Shown in pieces: positions 23,879 to 36,965 of a stretch of DNA of 64,000 nucleotides. The position numbers and the translations under genes were made by a program. The DNA comes from Curvularia clavata (taxonomy: Eukaryota), in NCBI GenBank assembly GCA_023920165.1, contig CP089275.1, positions 2,232,001 to 2,296,000 on the forward strand, given 5' to 3'. Below the pieces are notes generated by a model. That model had not been told where the DNA came from and ran no database searches. It was given only the letters and a program-made list of their open reading frames with translations. Within the stretch, counting starts at the first letter, position 1. Every line of letters starts with the position of its first letter.

Positions 23879-24366
23879 GGTTGCGATGAACTGCTTGTGC
23901 GTTTGTGTAGTGTGGCGGCTGTTGAATCTAGATAACTCTCCCAGTCTGCAAAAAGTGTCGGGCGCGCTCAGCGTGCTATGTGGGATACAAAGGCGCGTTC
24001 GTGTAGCCACTTGCGCCAGACGACGTATGGGAACGGTATATGAGAAGACGTTCTTGGAATTGACATTTGGTATGCGGGGAGGGCACTTGGGCATCAGGGT
24101 GATGACTGGGTGAGGAAGCCAAAATTTCTCGGAAAGCTGTGGGGCTTCAGTTCCGAGCGTGGCGCGTGATGTCACTAGTGGGACCATGATTCTCCTTCCC
24201 TCTATCAAGGTAGGTTGCATGCACCATTATCGAGGTATATGATTTACCCCTTCACCATTGATAAACCTTGAACAGCACTCACATCCATGAGCAAAAGATA
24301 TATTCTGAACCCGCTAATCTAATTATACAGTATGCTTTGAAGGTATCCTCCCAGCAGCGCCACCCC

Positions 24367-25766
24367 CTACACCTCATTCGTGTAATAGTAAACCTTGCCT
24401 TCGAACAACCGCCGGGCTGTCCGAGAGACGACGCAGCGCTCAACAAAAGCAAATGACTCCGAGCTAGTAGCCAAGACGTCTACATTGATAGATCCGCTCG
24501 GATGCGAAAGACGCACTGTTCGTTGTCTCGGCAGTAAATCAGATGAGCTCTCGTCCAGGTCTGAGCAGGGACTTGGTGTGCGCTCGGGTGTGATTGATTG
24601 CCAGGAAGATTGCATTTTGGCTTCCTTTGCGAGACCGTGTGCTACTGTTCCTTCGATGCATACCGCTGATGCCAGACAGGCAGCGCCTGTAAGCTGTAGG
24701 CTCGGGTGAGGCTTGCCCATGCTGAAGGCCTGAACATGAATATCTGGAATTTCGGACGAATGGTCTGGTCGAGGAGACGATACAATGGCCAGCTTTGGTG
24801 TTCCTCGAACCTTTGCAGCAGCCTCTGTGTTTGAAGCGAGGCCCATGAGTACCGCACCTACACGCCGAATAGACTCCATGTGCTTCAAATAGTCTGCTGA
24901 GTCTTTGGATGCCGTCCTGAGAAATGGTGGTAATGACCTTTCGTCTACCAGGACAAAGGGGTTGGCAGCGTCTATCAAGGTTGCCTTGACCGAAAACTGC
25001 TCGCCGCCCTTCTCATTGACATCGATGATATCGCAGCGACTGCCGGTGGGAAACAAATTTCCAGTCATGCTGCCCGCAGGTTCGACAAAAGCAACCTTTA
25101 CTTCACTACCAGTTCCCTTGACCCCCGGAATCGCGTAATCTCCATCTTCAAGAAAAGAGCCGTCATCATCAACTTGAATCGTGTCGACGATTATCCGCGA
25201 TGTATTTGTATTGAATATCCGAACATCAAGCTGAGAAGCGAGTCAGCACTGAATCGTCTTTTTTTTTTAAATGATCAACCTACAGTGCGTTCCCCTGGAT
25301 TAGCACGAACCAGGCCTTCCTGAAGGGCAAACGGTCCCACGCCGGCGCACATGTTCCCACAATTACCGCTGAAGTCTACTGCTTCTTGCCCCACTGCAAC
25401 TTGCACAAACGTGTAATCCACGTCAACTCCCATTCTGGTTGATGGAGATACTACAGCGACCTTTGATGTTGTTGATGTCGCACCGCCTACGCCATCAATC
25501 TGCCGAGCATCTGAACCTTGCGAGCCCATAGTGGCGAGTAGAGGCCCTACCCAGTCCTTTTCTGAAGCCGGCAGGTCGTGACGGTGGATGAAAAGGCCTT
25601 TGGAGGTGCCAGCGCGCATGAGAACGGCGGGTAGGCTCCGCCGGACCCTCTTGGGTGCTCTTTCGTATGCCATTGGGAACTCTGGCAAGCGTATTGGTAT
25701 GGTTTGAGATACAGTCGAGAGCCTTGCTTTCTGAGCAATGGGTGACTTGGATAGCGTCCGAAACAT
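24367..25766 (-). CDS. PrpF/DUF453-family isomerase (aconitate/methylaconitate delta-isomerase-like), about 448 aa
   Basis: MRAGTSKG, QIDGVGGATSTTSKV, NCGNM, IFNTNT, SMGKPH and RTARRLFEG. Intron 25283-25231. Confidence 0.9.
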
Positions 25767-25952
25767 CTAAGGGTGTATAGAAATCCAGAAATATGTATCT
25801 CTGTCGATGTATCGTTGGACAGTTATATTACCTGTCATCACGGAAAAGGGTACAGCCCGTTTATATCTACAGTGACCCACCAGGTACATTTTGATTGCCG
25901 TTGGAAGATGAGGTCTTTTTGAAAGACGGGTAGCAGAAGTCAGGTGTCTTAC

Positions 25953-26020
25953 TCCCGCGGGAAGCTTTGTAAGTGGGTAGAGCAGAGCCGCGGGAAGAAA
26001 GGCCGAAGTTTTGCCGCGGC
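25953..26020. promoter_or_regulatory. Three CCGCGGnAA motifs in the PrpF-family gene promoter (candidate Zn2Cys6 sites)
   Basis: CCGCGG at 25955, 25988 and 26014. Each is followed by nAA on one strand. Confidence 0.6.
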
Positions 26021-26069
26021 TTCGGGACATCGTGGTTACCTCTTCGCTGAGAACCCAATTAATGGCCTC

Positions 26070-28439
26070 TTAAACATCCCAGTTCAGCATCGGGAACTTG
26101 TCCAAATCCGAGCTGTTGAAACCATAGAGAAGGTCGTCTGCGGTAAAAGTGCTTTCGCCAAATAGCTGCTGTTGACCTTGATACATCCAACTGCCATTGC
26201 TCTCGTACGCAGCATTGCCAGTATCATGTTGTCCAGTATGGGGTACAGCGGCAGCTATTTCGGCGGCAGCATATGGCCACTGTGGCGGCAGCGGTACATT
26301 TGCATTTGAAAAGTTTGTATTGCCAGGTGGTCCCATTTGTGCTGAGTTCGCAGTTTCTTGTTCGCGCTCTCGGACAAAACTTTGGATGATACCATCAATG
26401 TCGAGGCTTTGCAAACTGGGTTCACGACCCATAGATCTACCGGCTGTTACATCCGGAGTACTACTGTGGCTACCGCCACTAGTGTTCCTATCAATCTGAG
26501 CGTCATTAGGGTTCCGTGTAGTAACTCCCAGTCTCTTCATCAAATTTTGCACAATCGCGTTGGCACGTCGTACAGCCCAATTTGTTTCTTGGTTTTCGCG
26601 GAAGACTGCGAGACAAGTCTCTAAACTGCTGTGAGCTTGGGACCCCGGACCACGTCGAGCGGCGATGCGAGCGTGGATGGTTGCAGCGACGTAAGTTGCA
26701 TATGAAATCAGGTAGGGTGCTCTTCGTACACTGAACGCTTTATCATATGTCCGTAAGAGCTGCACAATATCGTCCGCTGATGTCGCACAAGCCATGAAGG
26801 AGTTCACAGAAATTGCACGTGAGGTGTTGTAGAGATGTCCGTCGGCAACGAACGGGCGGTGCAGCAGGATCATGAGAACATTGTAAAGAGCACTAGAAGT
26901 CTGTAAGTACATTCATGGCATTCTTTGATATTTATGATACTTACTGTAAGCTCAGAACGTGCGGTGGTGGCGTTACAGAAATTGTTTGTGTATCGACGGC
27001 AAGATGATCAGGCAAGTTTTCGCGCCATGTCTTTAGCTTCAGGTGAATGCTTTCTAGCTTGGACGACAGTTCTGCAGGACTCGAGTCGAAACTTCTTTCG
27101 GTATATATTGTGCTGAGTATGTCACTTAGGATGAGTGAGAGTTTGCAAAGGTGTCGGAATGTCGAAACGCTAAATGCAGGGGAACCCAGATAGTTGCTGT
27201 CTGACTGTGTAGAGTACGCAAAGGGTGTCCAGTGCTCAAGTTCTTCGTACGTGTCTTGGAATTTGATTGGGACAAGGGTGTCGGACTCTTTGATGCTTAC
27301 GGGTCGGCCCTGGTATAAGCTTTGGATCTTATCGACGACTGTACATCCAGTTAGCAAGTTTTATTTCAACGTAAAGGCATTGTTTACCAAATGCAGCCCA
27401 AAAAACACGCCTCCGTATTTCATAGTCTTCATCAGATAACCGGCGACTGCCTGCAAGATCTGGCGTATCGACGTGAATACCAAGATCAACTATCATGCGA
27501 AAGGCGAGGCCAGCATATATCCAGGCGGCACTACGTTCGTCGCCTAGAGCGAAGAGTGAGTTCGTCATGACCAACATTGCCTGAATCGTCGTAATGTCAC
27601 TTCTGTCTAGAGACCCTCCCAGAAGCTCACGTACTCGCTCACGAAACTGCCAGCCAGCAGTACGCACATCATCCGCTACTCGACGAACTTCGCGTCGCGG
27701 ACTGAACTTGGATGCACCAAAATATATCGCATTTAGAAGGAGTTTGGAGAAGTAGGGACCGCCACAAGCCATGTCACGCATGAAGGCTGGGCGATAGGTC
27801 GTAAGAAACGAGTGATGTTGTCGGTTCCAATGTAACGAAAGCAGATGCATACCCAACTCAGGCTCAACACCGTCAAAGTCTAGTTTACCTAGACGGAAGT
27901 TTACCGTCTCAAGTTGGCGTTGGCGCGCAGCTTCGGCAACAAGACCTCTTTCGATCCATTCATCAGACATTTTTGGATGCGCCTCGGCAGCTGGTCTGTC
28001 CTGGGAACCTTCGTCGAACAAGGCGCTTGTACGCCCATGATAGCTAGAAGAACCATTTGCAGTGACAACAATGCGCGAGACGGTGCTTGGCGTTGGGGCA
28101 GCAGCCTGAATAGGAGCTTGTTCTGTTGGAGCAGGTGTCGCTATAGGTACAGCGGATTCTGATGCTCTTTCTCGTCGGGGCGTCTTGCGTGGACGACTCG
28201 ATGCTTGGGGGGCATCATCTATGGGCTCATAATGGCAAGTCTCTCCATGCGTTTTGCAACTTGCGCACGAAGGCTTCTCGGCACTGCACTTGATCTGTCG
28301 ACTTCAGCGTCAAGCTCCACTCTCCGCCAGACATACACGAACGAACCTTTCTCCGACGGCAGAAGGTACAGGCCTCGGCAGCCCTCTTGCGCCGACGGCC
28401 CGTCTTAGTTGCATTGTCGCTTGTGTCACCTGGGCTCAT
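26070..28439 (-). CDS. Zn(II)2Cys6 transcription factor with fungal-specific middle homology domain
   Basis: ACTFCRRRK|IKCSAEKPSCANCKTHGETC across intron 1. Middle region YFSKLLLNAIY...RRRVFWAAF|VVDKIQSLYQGRP and ILLHRPF. Three introns. Confidence 0.92.
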
Positions 28440-28515
28440 TGCAATGACTACCCCAGTGATGTCAGAAAAAGGATGTGTGGTGCCAATGAGGAATGAACGG
28501 ACGGGAGAAGAAGAG

Positions 28516-28552
28516 TTGCCGCGGGTAACACATGATCTAAGACCCGCGGAAA
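28516..28552. promoter_or_regulatory. Two CCGCGGnAA motifs in the Zn2Cys6 gene's own promoter
   Basis: CCGCGG at 28519 and 28544, about 80-110 bp upstream of the ATG at 28439. Confidence 0.55.
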
Positions 28553-29059
28553 CGGGCTGGCTCCGATCCGGTAATCCGAAACTCCATCGGGAGATCTGCC
28601 TCACACCCACAAGCCACGACACGGGACCCAGTATGGTGCGCTGTGGCAAAGTCAATGAATACTACACCATCAGTACAGAGGCGTATGATGAGTAGGCTCT
28701 ACGTTCAAAGGAGCACTCCAGCGATAGGCTGCATCTGTCGCCGGTTCACGGAAAGATTGGGTTACAAAATCGCAATAATATAACTAATAGATTGCGTCCA
28801 CCGAGTTCGATACGAATATCCTTGTACTCATCATACAAAGAAATAAAACCCAAATCTTCCTGAGAACACAGAAGATTCCGTTCCCAAACATCAACGCCAA
28901 TGCATTCCCCAAAAAGCCGTGTTCCAACCGTGCAAGTAACAGAAGTAAAAGTCATACTGAAAGAATGGGTATCCAGCCAACGCCTGCCAGATGAGAACAA
29001 AGCCCTCCTTTATGCCCAGTCTCCCCCAAGAAAGTTTCGTCTTTTGTTTTTGAAGTTCC

Positions 29060-31020
29060 CTACGCAGACACGGAAATTTCAGATGGCCCTTGGACAATGC
29101 CTTCAGCAGGAGCATCGGATTCTCCGGTAGGAGCAGCTTGGGTCTGCGAAGCCAACTCACCGCTGGCACCCGTCTCGGCCCATTGACCCCAGAGACCACG
29201 CTTGGCGCGAATGCGTAAGGGAGCACCGAGGTTGTTGGCTGGTTGCTCGACTTTGATGGCGTCCTTGGTTGCCAGGACGAGCATCTCGAAGAACATCTTG
29301 GTGGCGTCTGTTCGTGATGTCCTGGCTTCTGGGAAGACATCTTGGAAGATGATACTTGTCTTCTGTCGTACTGATTCGCTCTCCTCAGCTTCAGGTCCGA
29401 ATTGCTCTCGTAGGAAATGAACAGCATGTTTTGTGCCAAGTGAGACAGGCCCGCCTTCATCGGGATGGATAAGAGGAGCTGTTGTGTCGTCAAAATTGTC
29501 TGGGACAGGGGAGAAGACGTCTTCCTCCTCTTCGCCAGCTGGCTGGAAATCTGGTTCATCGGGGAGTTGAATAATGTCCTCGGATCCTCCGAGCATGGTA
29601 TTTTCACCGCCAATTCCAATGTCACCACCTCCCAGAGTCGGCTCGTCTTGCTCGAATTCTAGTTGTAACTGTGGAGTCTTTTGTCTGTCGGCAGCTGTTG
29701 CTTCGTCGTCCTCAGCCTCGGCTTCAACGTTGACACCATCCCGCTTCCGCTTTTGACTTGGTCGCGAGATTACTTCCAAAGAAAGGATTCCGCGCAGCTC
29801 CGGAGCCCAACCTTGACTTCGACCGTCGCCAAGAATGCTCGATACAAAGCCTCCAGACTTTTGCATGTTGAGCAAAGCCATAAGAAGGGGATCACGGGGA
29901 AGAAAGGATGCAGGCTTAAGAATCTTCTCGCGGTTGTTCTGTTGCTCCTTCAGCTGTTGGCTGGATATCATTGTCTCGGCGTCGGCTCCAATGACCCTCC
30001 TGCGCTTGGCTCTGGCTTGATGGATCGATTCCTCTTCTTCCTCCTCTGGCTCAAAGGTGGTAGTTTGCTCGGCAATCTCCTGTTCAAGACGGGTAGCCTC
30101 TTCGTCTCCGAGCTCAGAGAGCGGTGACTCCTCGCGTTGTCGCACGGGCAGGTCGCCTGCTATTGAACCAGCTGGGAGATCTGTGTCATCCATCCCACCC
30201 ATGGTAATGTCCATATCGTCACCGAGATTCAGCTCTGGAGCAGGGGCTAGTTCCGTGGGAGCATCTTCTCCAAGGTCGATGCCCAGGTCGTCGTCGTCTA
30301 TCGTAAGGCCCTTGTCCAAGCCAGTGAACTCCTCGGATTGGTGGCGCTCAAGAGGCGCGTTACGGCCCATTTCGATACTTGTGCCCTCGTCGAATGGTGC
30401 TGGAGGCTCCAAGTCATCATCTTCTCCGATATCCAGGTTCAGGTCATCATCGGGAAGCTCCATTGGTTCCATACGCGGCTGCTCAATGCTGCCCGAGAGA
30501 AACTGGCTGTTGTCCCAATCCGGAACGGTGGTATTTCCAAGTTCAAGACTGCCACTAAGTGGCTGTGATAGGAGAAAAGACGGATCCGGCATGGGAGCTA
30601 GCAGGTCCAAATCCGTGATCTGATCCGGCAATATCAAGTTGGTTGGATTGGCGACATGTGTCTGAGTGGGAAGATCGATGTTTCCAGGACGGAAGGCCTG
30701 TAGACACGTCAGTGGCGGCGGTATTGGTCAGTCGAAGCTAAGTTTACCATTTTGATCTTCCACAAAGCCTCATTACAGTCATCTTGCAAGTAATGAGCCT
30801 TCTTGTGGTAGATGCGCACTTCACCAAGAAGCAGCTGCGCGTTCAATCGCAATGCAAGAGGGCCGCCAGCAGCCACCTCTGGTCGAATAATGACCTCGCA
30901 ACTCTCTGGGATCTTGTGCTGCAACACTTGAGCTTTGGTAAGCTTCTTCTGCTGATTCGAGGCGAGCCAGACGTGCGCAAGCGCACCCTGCTTGAAGAGG
31001 AGATCTTCGGGAAGAAACAT
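29060..31020 (-). CDS. RAD21: Mitotic cohesin kleisin Rad21/Scc1/Mcd1
   Basis: N-terminal domain LAHVWLA...KKLTK...PLALRLNAQLLLG.VRIY...KIKM|AFRPGNIDL. Separase-type site SIEMGR. C-terminal winged helix ATKMFFEMLVLATKDAIKVEQ. One intron at about 30698-30747. Confidence 0.95.
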
Positions 31021-31070
31021 GGCGGTGATTGAATGGAGGGGATGTGGAGGGCGGGGTGGAGGAAGAGCTG

Positions 31071-31137
31071 CGCGTCGGGTGGTCGTGTTTATGGCGACGC
31101 GTCGCGGGTCACGGGATGCGCAGGCGGCGGAGACGCG
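31071..31137. promoter_or_regulatory. MCB-like elements upstream of RAD21
   Basis: ACGCGT at 31097-31102 inside the palindrome GCGACGCGTCGC. Half-matches CGCGTC (31071) and GACGCG (31132). Confidence 0.6.
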
Positions 31138-32588
31138 CCAGTGACCTCCAGAGTAAGTGCCAAGAGTGCGCGCACACGTAGGGATGACAGTCAATGTGGG
31201 CGAAGGTCGGGCGACGATGGGGTTGCGGATGCGCTTGGTGGTGAAATGATGATGATGCGAGGCTGGGAAGGGCTGGGATCATGGACGGCGTGGCAGCCAC
31301 GCTCCAGCTACCTTTGCTTAGTCATGCTTCTATCCTCGCAAATGTCAAAGAAAACCCACCTTGGATCTCCGCAACCCCATTATCGTTATTATTGTTACAT
31401 GCTTGAATGAGCCAATAAGTTGTTCTATTACCGATGAACACTAGGCCCTCATGTCGCAGTAAAAAGACAGCGACCAGCATTCCCAACCAATGAAGGAAGT
31501 GCAGTCAACCTTGAACTGGTGTCATTTTTGTATCTGACACTGCTTTCATCTCAAGACGTTGTAGTGCAATCCAGTGCCAACTCTGGACTTATGAGAGGCT
31601 TCCAACGGCTTCCTCTGCGACCTAGAAGCTCCATTGATACTCATTCAATATATGGATATAACACCGTCAATCTGGTTGGGTCTCATTGGCGTTGACACAA
31701 CGACATTGCCAATGAAGCGAAGCCTCTACGTTGTTTGCCAGTCGCCACAGGATTGGCACGTTGGACCCGTTGTGGAACTGGGGTTTGAACATGCTTGAGC
31801 CAGTGACCTACTGATCTACTTACTGTACCTGCAATACCTACTTGATTGCAGACAGTTTCAATCGAGGGCTTTTGTAAAAGATTCCTTGACTACGGTTTGC
31901 TGCTATAGGCTCAACGAACACTGTAATGAAGTACAGATTATGGTGTCGTACACGGTAGTGGACATGCTAGTGACTACGTCGGTAGCGACCGCCAGAGACA
32001 TACAACCAAGTGAAATAGAACACATCGTTTACCAAATACAGCCACGGCAGCGATAGCTAAGGCGCAGCCATGACATCACCTGTAAGAAGCCGACGGCGCG
32101 CCAGGCCTTGGTTATGTCGCGTCGACATGTGCCTGCCAAGCCCAGATGCCGTAGTAGGGGTATGAGTCGCCGTGCAGCGCTTGGAAGTGCTTATCTTTTG
32201 CGGGTTGTGCTGCACAGCTGAAGATCAGTTTCGCTGTTTCAGGCCCCGACAATGCCGTCGCACAGTGATGGTCATGTTGCGTCAAACAGTTTATGGGATG
32301 AAACTCGGGGCTAGACGGCAACGCTCGACCCTGGCCACTCAGGGTACTACCGATGCTTTGACATTTTAGTCTCTCTACACCAGGCCAACCCCAAACTTCA
32401 AAAGACAGAATAAAGCCACTGCAGCCACAAAATTCCGTCGATTCTGTCCGCCAGCCGTCTTAACGTGCTCTTGCTAACAACAGTCTCAATGCGATAATCG
32501 AACGCCTCCGTCATCCCATACACGCTAATTGTCGACGGACAGGCCACGTTGGACCGCGGCGCATCAGTCGTCTCCTGGCCATGCCAAC

Positions 32589-35500
32589 ATGTCAAAAGCG
32601 TCGACACCCTCACTGCCCCTCTACGATGCCTCGAACCCATATTCCAAGTCCTCACGCCCTACGTCACCAATGCTGCAACCTCCAGAGCCGCATAAGCGCA
32701 GCGCGACAACCTCAGTACGTCATGCGCCTCGCTGACAGGCTGTACCGCACAGCGAACTGAGACGCTGCTAACACATACTCGCACAGTCAGTAACAGCTAC
32801 ATACTCACTCTTATCTGCACAAGATACCGCGCAAAAGCTCTCCACCTCCATTACGCACGGTCTCTCTGCGTCAGACGCCTCGGCGCGCATACACATCCAT
32901 GGCCTCAACGAACTCCCGCACGAAGAGCCCGAGCCGCTCTGGTTGCGGTTCGTCAAGCAGTTCAAGGAGACACTTATTATGCTGCTGCTAGGGTCCGCTG
33001 CTGTATCCTTCATTATGGGCAATTTGGAAGACGCGTTGAGCATAACAATGGCAGTAACCATTGTCGTCACCGTCGGCTTCGTACAAGAGTACCGTTCTGA
33101 GAAGTCGATCGAGGCTTTGAACCAGTTGGTCCCACATTCTGCACATATCATACGTGCCGGGACAGAACCATCGCGGGGCGGTCGGACACCCAATGGCATA
33201 GCAACAGAGGATATTGAATTGGACAATCTGAAGGATACTGCGGCCTCGCTATCAGCAGCCGAAAGGAAGTCTACGACTATCTCTGCAACTCTGTTAGTAC
33301 CAGGAGATCTAGTGCTGTTCCATACAGGTGACCGCATACCCGCCGACATTCGCATCACACACGCTGCCGACCTTAGCATCGACGAGTCGAACCTTACGGG
33401 AGAGAACGAGCCTGTCTCCAAGTCGCCTGATACCATTGCACCTCCTGTCGGGATTCAACGATCGTCTTCGCCCTTTTATGCGTCCGAAGCTGCTGGAACC
33501 GTCGGTGCAGACATCAGACTCAACGATCAGAAGAACATTGCCTTTATGGGTACTTTGGTCAGATCAGGATATGGGCAAGGAATTGTTATTGGTACAGGAG
33601 GCAACACGGAGTTTGGTGCCATTTCGGCATCCTTGGGTGAGATTGAGAGCCCAAGGACCCCTCTTCAGCTTTCTATGGATCGGTTGGGCAAGGATCTCAG
33701 CTACATGTCGTTTGGCGTCATTGCATTTATTGGTCTGGTAGGATTGTGGAGGGGGTGGGAGTTTCTCGAGGTCTTCCAGATTGCTGTTTCGCTTGCTGTC
33801 GCTGCCATTCCTGAAGGACTGCCAATTATTGTTACTGTTACTCTTGCATTGGGCGTACTGAGGATGTCCAAGCGCGACGCCATTGTCCGACGGCTACCTA
33901 GCGTGGAGACGCTGGCCTCGGTCAACGTCATATGTACTGACAAGACGGGTAAGTTCAGTGTGTTTGCTGCAATCATGTCCTTACTAACCCTGTCTAGGCA
34001 CATTGACAACGAACCATATGACTGTTACCAAAATATGGCATTTTGGCGAGTCTGCTCCCACAGATGTCAAGTTAAAACACGAGTCTACGGATCTCGATTC
34101 GCCCACACGCACCATCCTGCGGATCGGAAACATAGTCAACAACGCCCGTCTACTAAGCGACCAAGCTGCGTCGGCTTCTACAGCAGCTGTTCTCTCCTCA
34201 ACCCTAGGAGATGACAGCGCCTCAGCTAAAAGTCGATGGGTTGGCCAGCCTACGGATGTCGCTCTTCTTGATCTGATGGATGCTTTCGGAGAAGATGATG
34301 TGCGGGAAAGGCTCGGCGATCGCAAGTTCGAAACACCATTCAGCTCAGAAAGAAAGTGGATGGGTGTCGTGGTTGGCGGCACTTCTGGTAGTCACACTCC
34401 CGGCTCCGAACATAGCTACATCAAGGGCGCACTGGAAAGGGTTCTTGATCGCTGCGATACGTATGTCACCGAACAGGGCAAAGAGGTAGCGTTGGATCAA
34501 GCACGCAAGCAAGAAGCTATCAAGGCAGCAAATGCCATGGCTCAGGAGGGATTACGGGTACTCGGCTTCGCCAGCGGTGTCTCCAAAGCAAAGAAGAGGA
34601 GCGCTAATGGCACCGCCTCTCCAGCCCTGACCCCAAGTTCGGGACTTGGTGAGGATGAGCACTACCGCGGACTTGCGTTTGCTGGGCTTGTAGGCATGAA
34701 CGATCCTTTACGCAAGGGCGTCGACAGGGCCGTTCGACGCCTAATGGCTGGCAAAGTCAAGGTCATTATGATTACAGGCGACGCAGAAACCACGGCTTCT
34801 GCCATTGGAAAGAAACTGGGGATGCCAATTACCGCAAATTCTGCCCTTGGACAGTCTGTCATTCGCGGTGACGAGTTAGACCAAATGAGCGAGGAAGAGC
34901 TTGCTCAGGCCATCGCCACGACATCCATCTTTGCACGTACTAGTCCGGATCATAAGATGAAGATTGTTCGTGCACTTCAATCACGAGGAGATGTGGTTGC
35001 AATGACTGGTGATGGTGTCAACGACGCACCTGCGCTCAAGAAGGCAGATATCGGTATCTCCATGGGCCGACTGGGCACAGATGTTGCAAAAGAAGCCGCC
35101 GATATGATCCTGACAGACGATAATTTTGCGACAATCTTGAACGCAATCGAAGAAGGAAAGGGCATCTTTTACAATATTCAGAACTTTCTTACATTCCAGC
35201 TTAGCACTAGTGCAGCCGCGCTGAGCTTAGTTCTCCTCAGCACGTTTCTGGGCTTCCCGAACCCGCTCAACGCCATGCAGATTCTGTGGATCAGTAAGTT
35301 CACAACAGGTTTTCAGCTTGATTGTATGCTAACCTTCACTGCTAGATATTCTCATGGATGGTCCACCCGCACAGTCGCTCGGTGTTGAACCTGTCGACCC
35401 AGCAGTCATGGCTCTTCCTCCACGTCCCCGTCAAGCCCGCGTCCTCACCCGCCCTCTGATCCAACGTGTTCTCCAGTCCGCGACCATCATCATGCTCGGT

Positions 35501-35890
35501 ACGCTCACCACCTACTACCGAGAAATGTCCGACGACAACATGGTTACAGCGCGCGACACGACCATGACTTTCACCTGCTTTGTCCTCTTCGACATGTTCA
35601 ACGCTCTGACCTGCCGCTCTTCCAGCAAATCTGTTCTTGCTGGAGAAATCGGCGTCTTCGATAACAAAATGTTCAACTATGCTGTCGCAGGAAGTTTGCT
35701 GGGTCAACTAGCTGTGATTTACTTCCCCCCACTGCAAAGTGTTTTCCAGACTGAAGCACTGAGTTTGGGTGACCTAGCGCACCTGGTCGCCGTTGCAAGC
35801 TGCGTCTTCTGGGCCGATGAGGCCCGCAAATGGTATATACGGTGGAAGAGCAGGCGAGGATTTGGTGGGGGGTATAGTACGGTTGTATAA
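32589..35890 (+). CDS. PMR1: Golgi Ca2+/Mn2+ P-type ATPase (SPCA/Pmr1)
   Basis: [21 protein letters not shown] (split by an intron), [25 protein letters not shown] and [21 protein letters not shown]. Three introns. Confidence 0.96.
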
Positions 35891-36965
35891 TGAGCTATAG
35901 AATAGATTGGGGTTGGTTGGAAGGGTGTGTGCACTTTTTTTAGGGCTGAAAACGAGCTTTTTTAGACGAATTGCACAGCCATCAGTTGCATTGCTGTTGA
36001 TATGTCTTTTGTCTCGTCGTTGTAAATGTTGCTGATAGCAATGTCGAACTGTGGTATCGCGGTCCTCTACTATCTTGTATATATGGCTGTTAAAAACTGG
36101 GCGCAGGTTTCTCTCTATCTTTCCAATTTCTTAGTTTCATGTTTAGTACATCAGCGTGTTGTACAGATAGCCAGAGACAGCCTCATCGTGAACGAGACCA
36201 AAAAAAAGGGGGCAGTGGCTGCTGCTGTAGCTTGTGGGAGCGGAGCCTGGCAGACTCCCTGGCGGTCCTTTTTGCTTCATATTATGGCGTGGTTCATGCC
36301 CCCACTCTTGGATCTAACTGTATGGCTCTCTTGTCGACGTAATGGAGGAGCTGGACTCAGCAGCCTCAGATGGTACCCATGCGCTGCTCACGCTGTGCCG
36401 CTAGCAAGGGCCATTACTCCGCGGGTAGCTTCTCATACCGACTGTTGCTTATGCGGATTGGAGAGGTTGTGGTGCTTTGCAATCAGGAGGCGGCGCAGTC
36501 AAGTGTGGCTATGGTCGAAGGATCAATATTCGACCAGTCTTATGGCTAATCGCGCAACGGAACCGGTGGGCCGAGCCATGCCAAGGTTTCCTTGTTAGCG
36601 GCTGCTTAGGAAGATTGCTTGTTGTAGTATATGTTTTCTAACAAGGCCTGAGGCTGCCTTACGCCCTACAAGCCACTGCCGCCACGCCGCTACTATATCA
36701 TACAACAGTGCACGTCTCAACGGCTCGATTAAGACGCGGGACGCGTATTTCTATCGTGCGGCACAGTTGAGTTTGTTTCCATTTTCTTGGATTTCGTCCA
36801 CTCAGCCTCAGTGTCTACGACGACCATAACTGCACTGCCTGTTTTGGGATTGATGATGGCTTCGTTTTGATGTCTATATAGAAGAATGTTATGTTACATT
36901 GTCTCAGTACAGGCGCCACAGACTCAATTACTCCCCCGTCTATCCATTGTTGTACTGCTTGTTCG

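Noticed and set aside
31400..32100. Possible gene relic between RAD21 and PMR1
   Set aside because: The frames I translated gave only short open stretches with no recognisable protein.
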